A DNA stretch of 12,736 bases, taken from the IMG/VR virus record IMGVR_UViG_3300045988_046651. One strand, written 5' to 3'. Below, in pieces: positions 1 to 6,395 of this stretch. The notes under the pieces were generated by a model. It had not been told where the DNA came from, did no database searches, and worked only from the letters and a program-made list of their open reading frames with translations. How positions within the stretch are numbered: the first letter of the stretch is position 1; each line of letters begins with the position of its first letter. The position numbers and the translations under genes are program-made. Source of the stretch: a virus.

Positions 1-54
1 AAGGCTCGCTCGGCCTCCGGCCTCGCTCGCACGGCTACCAATATAACGCAATAG

Positions 55-105
55 CTATAACCATATAACAAATTTGATATATCAAACCTGCTATAAGCAT
101 ATAAC
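55..105. promoter_or_regulatory. Ordered protein-binding-like array in the ITR: 15-bp direct repeat, 14-bp perfect palindrome, 15-bp direct repeat (mirrored at 12632-12682)
   Basis: CTATAACCATATAAC (55-69) and CTATAAGCATATAAC (91-105) differ at one base. They flank the perfect palindrome TTTGATATATCAAA (73-86). A further ATATAAC lies at 41-47. Confidence 0.5.
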
Positions 106-116
106 GAAAGAAGTAT

Positions 117-145
117 TTTAAAAGAGCCATACATAATATTATAAT
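117..145 (+). promoter_or_regulatory. Putative inward-facing sigma-A-type promoter inside the left ITR (drives TP-DNAP)
   Basis: TTTAAA (117-122), 17-nt spacer, TATAAT (140-145). There is no other room for a promoter upstream of the first gene of either arm. It is followed by the hairpin AGGC-GAAA-GCCT (157-168). Confidence 0.45.
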
Positions 146-256
146 AAGGGTGTTCCAGGCGAAAGCCTAACCAAACACAGCCCCATGGGCAGGAGGAATA
201 AAATTGGCATATCAAGGCGAAGCAATGGGGTGGAGATGTAAGGGGGAAAATGATAA

Positions 257-901
257 ATGCCTAAATTCTCAGTCGATAAGTTAATCACAAAGTACGGTTT
301 ACAGGGCGGGCGCAATGCGCTCACCCCTTACGCGCTTGAGAACACGGATATTTCCGCGCGGCAGCTCCGAAAGCTATATACAGAGCTGCGCGATATCGCA
401 AACAAGCGCATCAAACGCGCGCAGGCAGCCGGCTACGGCCAGAACCTTGTCATTCGGCAGGGCGCGAAGAAGATCCCTAAGATCTCGGAAATTCGCACGG
501 AAGCGGAACTCCGATACCGAATCGGGGAAACTGCTATGCTTCTGGAGAACCCGCTTTCCACGATCTCAGGTATTGAGCGCAACGAGGCAAAGAAGCTCGA
601 AACCCTGGCGCGTCACGGTTACGATTTTGTAAACGAGGGGAACTTGCAAGACTTCGGGCGCTTCATGGAATGGGTTCGTGCCAACTATTCCGACCGGCTT
701 TATGATTCAGATACGGTTGCACAACTCTATAAAACCGTCACAAAAGGCGGATTTACCACAAGGGCCATCAAACGGATGTTTGATGATTATATGAATAATC
801 TGGACGCATTCACGCAAGTTGTCGAAGAAAATCCGGGCCGGACAGCGGCCTGGTATAGAAAGCTGCTGAAAAAGCGCGGCGTGTGGGTTGAGGAGGGTTA
901 A
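257..901 (+). CDS. Putative terminal protein (priming protein), 214 aa
   Basis: ATG at 257 with AAGGGGGA upstream. It sits immediately upstream of pPolB (stop 3 nt before the polymerase ATG), as in phi29 gene 3/gene 2. It has a basic helix LRDIANKRIKRAQAAGYG, then RY and IERNEAKK. These come in the same order as phi29 TP segments recalled from memory (KAKIARTKKKYG, MRY, IERNTKE). Confidence 0.55.
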   Translation: MPKFSVDKLITKYGLQGGRNALTPYALENTDISARQLRKLYTELRDIANKRIKRAQAAGYGQNLVIRQGAKKIPKISEIRTEAELRYRIGETAMLLENPLSTISGIERNEAKKLETLARHGYDFVNEGNLQDFGRFMEWVRANYSDRLYDSDTVAQLYKTVTKGGFTTRAIKRMFDDYMNNLDAFTQVVEENPGRTAAWYRKLLKKRGVWVEEG

Positions 902-904
902 GGC

Positions 905-2902
905 ATGATCATTCGGGCAGATGATTTTGACCATGAATATATGAAGCTGACCGGCCTTCGGCGGATGCAGAAGAAGCAGCGCGGGAACCCCGGCACCCGC
1001 GCAAAGCGCAGATACCGGGACGAGGTGACGGCCTTTGATATTGAAACCTCCACGATCCCTGGAACGCAGCAGGCGGTCATGTACATATGGCAGTGGCAGA
1101 TCGGTGATTTTACTGTCATTGGCCGCACTTGGGATGAATTCCGGGATCTTTGCTACCGGCTTAAAGCACAGTGCAAAGAGGATCAGTATATAGTGGTGTA
1201 TGTGCATAATCTATCCTTTGAATTTCAATTTTTGGCCGGCATCTATGAATTTAAGCCGGAAGAAGTGTTCTGCATCGAAAGCAGGAAGATCCTTAAATGC
1301 GATATGTTCGGCTGCCTGGAATTCCGCTGCTCCTATTTGCACAGCAATATGTCACTGGATGAATTCACCCGCAAAATGGGAGTAGAACACGCAAAGCTGC
1401 ACGATTTCGACTACAATCAATTCAGAGGGCCTTGGACAGCTTTAACAGATGATGAGCTGCAATATTGCGTAAACGATGTAAAGGGCCTTGTTGAGGCCCT
1501 TAAAATCGAAATGAAGCACGATGGAGATAATCTATATTCCATCCCTCTGACTTCCACCGGTTATGTGCGCAGAGATGCGAAAGCAGTTCTGAAGGGCGTG
1601 AAGCATTTCATCGTGCAGGATATCCTGCCGGATTATGAAGTATTTGAGATGCTGCAGGAAGCATTCCGGGGTGGAAACACCCACGCAAACCGCTATTATG
1701 CTGGGCTGATTCTGGAGAATGTGAAAAGCGCGGATCGCTCCAGCAGTTACCCCGATGTGCAAGTAAATTGCAAATATCCCATGTCCCGGTGGTTCCGTTC
1801 CGGAAACATCACCACGGACCAATTATTTGACCTCATAGACCGCAGAGGGCGCGCGGTGGCAATGCGTGTCGCTTTATTCAATGTGCGCCTACACGATGAA
1901 TTTTGGGGCTCTCCGTACCTTTCTATAAGCAAGTGCAGGAATATTAAAAATCATGAGCCGGACAACGGCCGCATCCTATCCGCTGACTATCTGGAAACTA
2001 CCATTACAGATATAGACTTGAAGATCATTGCCGACGAATACGATTTCGACAGTATGACCATTATCGACAGCGCGCACAGCAGATACGGCTATTTACCGCG
2101 GAAATTTGTGGAGCTGGTCAACAAGTATTACCGGCTGAAAACAGAGTTGAAAGGCTCGGAGGATCTTTTCGATCAGCTGCTATACATGAAAAGTAAAAAC
2201 AAGCTCAATTCCCTGTATGGCATGAGCGCCCAAAACCCCATCAAACCGGAAACGCAGTTTAAGCAGGGCGAATTCAGCATCTTGGAGGAGGATTACAAAG
2301 AGAAGCTGGAAGCGCAGAACAAAAAAGCATTCTTCAATTACGCATGGGGCGTCTGGTGTACCGCCTGGGCGCGGCTGCGGCTTGAAGAGGGGATAAGGCT
2401 GGCCGGAAGCCGCTTTGTGTATGCCGACACAGATAGCGTGAAATACCTTGGGGAAATAGATTGGAGCCAGTATAACGCCATCCGAGAAGCGCAGAGCAAA
2501 GCCCATGGGGCTTATGCCATCGACAAAAAAGGAAAGGCCCATTACATGGGGGTATTTGAATATGAGGGCGAATATGCGAAATTCTCCACGCTGGGAGCCA
2601 AAAAATACTGCTCCGAGGATACAGCCGGCAATGTCCAGATCACCATTGCAGGCGTCAGCAAAAAAGCAGGAGCCAAGGAGCTGCAGCAGGCCGGGGGGAT
2701 CTCCAAGTTTAAGCCGGGGTTTATCTTCCGGGAAGGTGGCGGTCTTGATGCTGTTTACAATGATGTTCCGGAGATAAAGGAAGTTACGATAGACGGCCAC
2801 CGGCTGGAGATCACCCGCAATGTTTGTCTTGTTCCGGGCGAATACACATTGGGCCTTGCCGGCGACTATGAACGCCTGCTTGACCGGCTGGCGATAGAGT
2901 AA
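905..2902 (+). CDS. Protein-primed family-B DNA polymerase, 665 aa
   Basis: SD GAGGAGGG upstream. ExoI is FDIETS (D45 = nt 1037-1039), ExoII is HNLSFEF and ExoIII is YCVNDV. Motif A is DRSSSYPD, motif B is KNKLNSLYG, motif C is YADTDS (nt 2420-2437) and the KxY motif is GAKKY. The pattern matches phi29-type pPolB. Confidence 0.95.
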   Translation: MIIRADDFDHEYMKLTGLRRMQKKQRGNPGTRAKRRYRDEVTAFDIETSTIPGTQQAVMYIWQWQIGDFTVIGRTWDEFRDLCYRLKAQCKEDQYIVVYVHNLSFEFQFLAGIYEFKPEEVFCIESRKILKCDMFGCLEFRCSYLHSNMSLDEFTRKMGVEHAKLHDFDYNQFRGPWTALTDDELQYCVNDVKGLVEALKIEMKHDGDNLYSIPLTSTGYVRRDAKAVLKGVKHFIVQDILPDYEVFEMLQEAFRGGNTHANRYYAGLILENVKSADRSSSYPDVQVNCKYPMSRWFRSGNITTDQLFDLIDRRGRAVAMRVALFNVRLHDEFWGSPYLSISKCRNIKNHEPDNGRILSADYLETTITDIDLKIIADEYDFDSMTIIDSAHSRYGYLPRKFVELVNKYYRLKTELKGSEDLFDQLLYMKSKNKLNSLYGMSAQNPIKPETQFKQGEFSILEEDYKEKLEAQNKKAFFNYAWGVWCTAWARLRLEEGIRLAGSRFVYADTDSVKYLGEIDWSQYNAIREAQSKAHGAYAIDKKGKAHYMGVFEYEGEYAKFSTLGAKKYCSEDTAGNVQITIAGVSKKAGAKELQQAGGISKFKPGFIFREGGGLDAVYNDVPEIKEVTIDGHRLEITRNVCLVPGEYTLGLAGDYERLLDRLAIE

Positions 2903-2905
2903 AAG

Positions 2906-2934
2906 AATCCCTCCCCGATTGGGGAGGGATTTTA
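2906..2934. terminator. Bidirectional intrinsic terminator between the convergent arms
   Basis: Perfect 11-bp stem AATCCCTCCCC / GGGGAGGGATT with loop GATT. A T-run follows on the + strand (TTTTA). An A-run precedes it (AAAAG), which gives a U-tract on the - strand. Confidence 0.8.
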
Positions 2935-3366
2935 TCACACATCAAAAACGGCATCGATTATTGTTGCGGCGCCGCTCCCATCGCTAATAAATGCGATGGT
3001 GTATCCGTCAATTCTGGCATTGCTTGGTATTTGATACGAATATGTGCTGCCGCCCTGACTGGAAGAGTTGAGTGAATATAGAAATGTCGATACCGCTTTT
3101 CCTCCGGTCGGCTTTTGTATAGCAATTTGAACTCTAGACGAGCTGTATTTCGCTCCGTGTCCGGAAAAATTCAAGGTTCTAAATTTCGACAGCGGAATTT
3201 CTAAAAATGCCGCTTTTACTCCATTTTCCGGAATTATTAGCCCAGCTTCGTTTAGAACCACATTCGCTGCAAAATCAGTAGGATAGTTGGATTTACCATT
3301 TTCGAATAGATGCGTAAAAAGTTTTTTTGTTTTTGCCATAAACGGATATGCAGTATTAACGATCAT
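2935..3366 (-). CDS. Hypothetical protein, 143 aa; last gene of the tail/fibre module (possible distal receptor-binding or accessory domain)
   Basis: ATG with GAGGAGG 7 nt upstream. Ser/Gly/Tyr-rich and beta-looking sequence. Clearly more AT-rich than the adjacent fibre gene. No motif recognised. Confidence 0.6.
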   Translation of the reverse strand: MIVNTAYPFMAKTKKLFTHLFENGKSNYPTDFAANVVLNEAGLIIPENGVKAAFLEIPLSKFRTLNFSGHGAKYSSSRVQIAIQKPTGGKAVSTFLYSLNSSSQGGSTYSYQIPSNARIDGYTIAFISDGSGAATIIDAVFDV

Positions 3367-3378
3367 CTTCGCACCTCC

Positions 3379-4095
3379 TCACCCCAGGTTGATGATGTTC
3401 ATGTAAACGCTCTGCTCCGGAATGCTGGTGGCGTAGAATGTCACCTGGTTCTGCGCCTGCGCGGTCGCTCTGATCTGTGCAGCCACAGCAGCATCAAAGC
3501 TGTTAGGGCTGGGGGAGATCACAAGATTGGTATTTGCATTGACCTGGGCCACAGTCACGGTCTGCTGATAGCCTTCCCCGGAGACAGTCCAGCCGGCCAC
3601 AGTCAGCTGCACGCTGGATCCGGTCGATTTATTGGCTTTGGTCGCAAGCTGCTCCGCAGTGGCGAAATAGTCCGCATTGTGGCCATCCAGAGTGTCTGCG
3701 TCAATAGGGCCGGAATCCGCAGCTCCGGCGACAAAGACGGTCAGCAGGGTGTCAACCAGGATGCCCAGCACACTGGAGCCGATGATCCACGCACCTTCCG
3801 GCGGAGTGGTTCCGGCCGGGGTTAGCACGGAAACCTGGACACCGTCTACTGTCACGGTGTCCCCGGCTTTCCATTTGCCGGTGGCCTTAAAGGTGATAAC
3901 CTTATTACCCGGCAGCTGGCGGGTGAGGGCGTGAACGGTGCCGCTCACCACTTCGGTGGCGGTTCCAACTCCAAGCTCCTGCACCTGCTTCAAAGCGAGA
4001 TCCACACGCTGCATATTCACATTCTCAACAGACAGGGGATTAAAAAGGTCGCTGCCCTCATATTCAATGAGGTTGAAATTTGTGGTATTAGTCAT
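3379..4095 (-). CDS. Tail fibre-like protein, 238 aa
   Basis: AGGAGG SD. The N-terminus TNFNLIEYEGSDLFNP...VDLAL and the internal DADTLDGHNADYFAT are motifs I associate with phage tail-fibre proteins. Position is in the tail module. Confidence 0.65.
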   Translation of the reverse strand: MTNTTNFNLIEYEGSDLFNPLSVENVNMQRVDLALKQVQELGVGTATEVVSGTVHALTRQLPGNKVITFKATGKWKAGDTVTVDGVQVSVLTPAGTTPPEGAWIIGSSVLGILVDTLLTVFVAGAADSGPIDADTLDGHNADYFATAEQLATKANKSTGSSVQLTVAGWTVSGEGYQQTVTVAQVNANTNLVISPSPNSFDAAVAAQIRATAQAQNQVTFYATSIPEQSVYMNIINLG

Positions 4096-4109
4096 GGTTC
4101 ACTACCTCC

Positions 4110-4328
4110 TTAAAACTGTTTCAGCCGGGAAATGATCTCCGGCGCTTTTTGATTACTGGTGGTGATTATGAATGTCCAGCGGGCGCTGCCGCTTTCCTTG
4201 GCAGCCTCATAGACGCACTGGTTTTGCTCCAGGTATTGGATCACCTGGGAAGCGTTTCCTCCGTTTTCGGTGGCCCACAGGAGATTTGTTTCCTGCGCTC
4301 CCCATTCGTCAAAGGTGATTGGATTCAT
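4110..4328 (-). CDS. Hypothetical protein, 72 aa (between two fibre-like genes; possible assembly factor)
   Basis: ATG with AGGAGG 8 nt upstream. Tightly packed in the operon. No motif recognised. Confidence 0.55.
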   Translation of the reverse strand: MNPITFDEWGAQETNLLWATENGGNASQVIQYLEQNQCVYEAAKESGSARWTFIITTSNQKAPEIISRLKQF

Positions 4329-4341
4329 TTAATTTACCTCC

Positions 4342-4926
4342 TTAATTGGGATAGAAGATCTGATAGCCATTGACCACAATGTCAGTACAGGTGGCTTTAT
4401 AGCCCACAACTGTGGTAACAGTGCGCTGCGCGTTCCCGATCTGGGCCACGCTGATAGCGCCGGTGAGATGGAACGCGGACAGATAATCGAACATCTCCTG
4501 CACAGTCACATACTTACCGGTAAACAGGTTCAGCACCTTCAGATCAATCAGGCCCTTGGAGATTTCCTCCATCAGAAATTCATTATTCTGCGCGATCTGC
4601 GCATTGGTGTAACCTCTCGCGGCCACCAGATTCGCGTCAATTTCAGCATCTTGCTGTTTCAGCTGCTCCTGGAATCCAGTCAGTGCACCATTGACCACAT
4701 TCTGAAAATCCCGAATTGCGGTTTCAACAGATTGTTTCAGTTCCAGATTAGCTTGGTTGGAGCGTTCTGCTTCGGCCGCGACCTTTACATCCGTATAGGC
4801 TTTGGCCGCGTCCAGAACTTCGGTGCTCCACTTGTCCACCGCTTCCGAAACTCTCTTGACCTCCTTTAGCACCCAGTCAAGATTAAGATCGTGGAAATTG
4901 GTATAGGGGAACTGCTCAAATGCCAT
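4342..4926 (-). CDS. Coiled-coil tail appendage/fibre stem-like protein, 194 aa
   Basis: GGAGGTG SD. The N-terminal FPYTNFHDLNLDWVL motif is one I recall from Firmicute phage tail-associated proteins. A long Ala/Gln/Glu-rich helical segment follows. Position is just after the collar genes. Confidence 0.55.
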   Translation of the reverse strand: MAFEQFPYTNFHDLNLDWVLKEVKRVSEAVDKWSTEVLDAAKAYTDVKVAAEAERSNQANLELKQSVETAIRDFQNVVNGALTGFQEQLKQQDAEIDANLVAARGYTNAQIAQNNEFLMEEISKGLIDLKVLNLFTGKYVTVQEMFDYLSAFHLTGAISVAQIGNAQRTVTTVVGYKATCTDIVVNGYQIFYPN

Positions 4927-4939
4927 TGTATCACCTCCA

Positions 4940-5500
4940 TCAATAAACTAACAGGCAGAATCTTTCTTTGAATTCGCCTATGATCTCGTACACTGCCGAA
5001 TATTTCCGGCTTTCGCGCTCGCTCTCCAGCATCTGTTGAGTGGTGGTAACGCCAATGTTGCCGGAGATCCTCGCGGTGTGTCTGCTCTGCGAGGTTGTGT
5101 AGGTTCCGGTTCCGGCAGTCTGTACGGTGCGCTCCCGGTCAGCCATATCCGATTCATTGAATCCAGCCACGGAAAGATCGGTGATGTTGCTTCCGGAATT
5201 TTTCACGCTTCCGGTGCCATCGTCCACCCAATCTTCCTGCCGGTCATAGTTGTGAATCGGATTATATTCCACCGTTTCTGTTTCAAGCATCTTAGACCAC
5301 GCATTTACACGCACATTCGACCATCGGCCCAAAAGCTGCTTCATGATATCCGGATCCGGTGTCAGCAGCTCCAATTCGGCAGTATCAAACAGGAGCATTT
5401 CGACAAAATCGTCTCTGTCAATGCCTTCCGGCAGCTTGAAGTCATCCAGAATATCCCCTCGGAAACTATACAGCCCCAGCAGGCTCAAGGTTGCCACCAT
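4940..5500 (-). CDS. Putative lower collar / head-tail adaptor protein, 186 aa from ATG 5500
   Basis: The track ORF begins at a GTG (5509) that lies inside the SD itself. AGGAGG (5509-5514) followed by 8 nt and ATG (5498-5500) is the better start. It overlaps the portal 3' end by 35 nt. The functional call rests only on phi29-type gene order (connector then lower collar). Confidence 0.5.
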   Translation of the reverse strand: MVATLSLLGLYSFRGDILDDFKLPEGIDRDDFVEMLLFDTAELELLTPDPDIMKQLLGRWSNVRVNAWSKMLETETVEYNPIHNYDRQEDWVDDGTGSVKNSGSNITDLSVAGFNESDMADRERTVQTAGTGTYTTSQSRHTARISGNIGVTTTQQMLESERESRKYSAVYEIIGEFKERFCLLVY

Positions 5501-6395
5501 CAGCGCCACCTCCTATCATGGGGATTTCCCTCCAGCGTACCGAGATAGACAGCCCGAACATATCATTGACCCTCTTGCAAGCGTCCTGCAGATTTTCCAG
5601 CCACATGGCGCATTTTGAATAGGTTTCGATATTGTTCGCGTTGACCTCGTCCTGGATGAGCCGTTCGCGTTTGTCGGTGTTGGCATTGGGGATGCCAATT
5701 TCGGTATCGAACATGGCTTCGATTTTCCGAAGATCCGCCAGCAGGTTTGTAACGATATAATTACCGCCAACATTCTGCTCAAAGGCTTTCCAGGTTTCCT
5801 CCCCATCAGCTGTGTTTTTAAGCCGGGAATCAATGACAACAGCCGGCTCTCCGCTGGCGATCTGGTCGTACATCTTCTTGAGAGATTCCGCCAGAGCCTT
5901 TGTTTTTGCAGTAAACACATAGGAAAGCTTACTGTTCAGAAGATTGACAGAGACGGATTGGCTCGCCAACGCCATCTGCTCCGCATAGTGGCCGACCAGA
6001 TCCAGAATCCCGGAGAAGTCCGGCTGGAGCTTCAGCAGCTCGCACTGTGTGCCGATACGCGGCTCCAGAATGCCGGAAAGAAGGGGATTTGCTATCACTG
6101 CATGAGTAGGGGCGTAGAATACATCGTAGCCTTTTAGGCCGCATCCCTGCGGGATCACCCCGAATTTATCGGTATTGATAACCGCAACATATCCCCAGCA
6201 GTACAGCACATACAGAAAATAATCCTTGTTCCAGGTCTCCGGAAGATCCCATTCAAACACGCTCATGGCCTTTTGAAGCAGATACTTAGTAAAATATCTG
6301 CATAAGCCGCTATCCTTTACATGGACGGTCGAGGGCGTCACCTGGGAAGTTTCCGCGTTGATGTAGTTGTAATAATAGGGTGCGCCATTAATCAA
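5466..6395 (-). CDS. Portal / upper collar connector protein (phi29 gp10-like), 309 aa
   Basis: TTG start at 6393-6395, 7 nt after AGGAGG, overlapping the upstream gene by 8 nt. The segments VFEWDLPETW and IGIPNANTDKRERLIQDEVNANN resemble phi29 gp10 segments recalled from memory ([33 protein letters not shown]). The length equals that of gp10. Confidence 0.88.
   Translation of the reverse strand: MINGAPYYYNYINAETSQVTPSTVHVKDSGLCRYFTKYLLQKAMSVFEWDLPETWNKDYFLYVLYCWGYVAVINTDKFGVIPQGCGLKGYDVFYAPTHAVIANPLLSGILEPRIGTQCELLKLQPDFSGILDLVGHYAEQMALASQSVSVNLLNSKLSYVFTAKTKALAESLKKMYDQIASGEPAVVIDSRLKNTADGEETWKAFEQNVGGNYIVTNLLADLRKIEAMFDTEIGIPNANTDKRERLIQDEVNANNIETYSKCAMWLENLQDACKRVNDMFGLSISVRWREIPMIGGGADGGNLEPAGAV

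Larger units (their letters stand above)
1..196. repeat. Left inverted terminal repeat (ITR)
   Basis: By hand alignment, bases 1-183 are the exact reverse complement of 12554-12736. The match extends to 196 with only the CA/AC swap at 184-185. Similarity stops right after the shared GGGCAGGAGG (SD). Confidence 0.97.

Noticed and set aside
1-36. The GC-rich tip considered as a hairpin telomere or as a (GCTC)n Rep-binding element of the parvovirus/HUH type.
   Set aside because: The tip has direct repeats, not inverted ones, so it cannot fold back. Only two GCTC units are adjacent. No HUH/Rep or telomere resolvase gene is present. The pPolB plus terminal-protein candidate explains linear-end replication.
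74-105. Alternative promoters using TTGATA (74-79) within the ITR palindrome, in either orientation, including outward-facing transcription toward the termini.
   Set aside because: No acceptable -10 hexamer sits at a 16-18-nt spacing in either direction. The nearest candidates are at 11-12 nt or are non-consensus.
157-166. The 10-mer AGGCGAAAGC is shared between the ITR leader hairpin (157-166) and the ATPase coding region (10448-10457). A similar AGGC-loop-GCCU hairpin lies in the 10264-10342 element.
   Set aside because: I expect a few 10-mer matches between a ~190-bp query and both strands of a 12.7-kb sequence by chance. The 10448-10457 copy is explained by coding sequence (KRFRLK). I treat this as coincidence unless conservation shows otherwise.
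139-324. A 61-aa - strand ORF running from the terminal-protein gene start into the left ITR.
   Set aside because: It has no SD. It runs outward into the ITR against the inferred promoter direction. It has an odd Pro/Leu-rich composition and overlaps the TP start. It is most likely spurious.
707-2938. Long - strand ORFs (707-1207, 898-1128, 1532-1822, 1747-1932, 2180-2938) and + strand ORFs nested in other frames (315-632, 1200-1385, 2505-2777) within the TP/polymerase region.
   Set aside because: All are antisense or out of frame to genes with strong motif support. They lack ribosome-binding sites and have low-complexity, Arg/Cys/Pro-rich translations.
3322-3328. An A_AAA_AAA-type slippery heptamer (T7 on the + strand) near the 5' end of the 143-aa gene, considered as a programmed frameshift site.
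   Set aside because: It lies at codons 11-13, with no extended alternative-frame ORF and no downstream stimulatory structure that I could see. It is more likely a simple homopolymer and is noted only as a possible slippage or sequencing-error hotspot.
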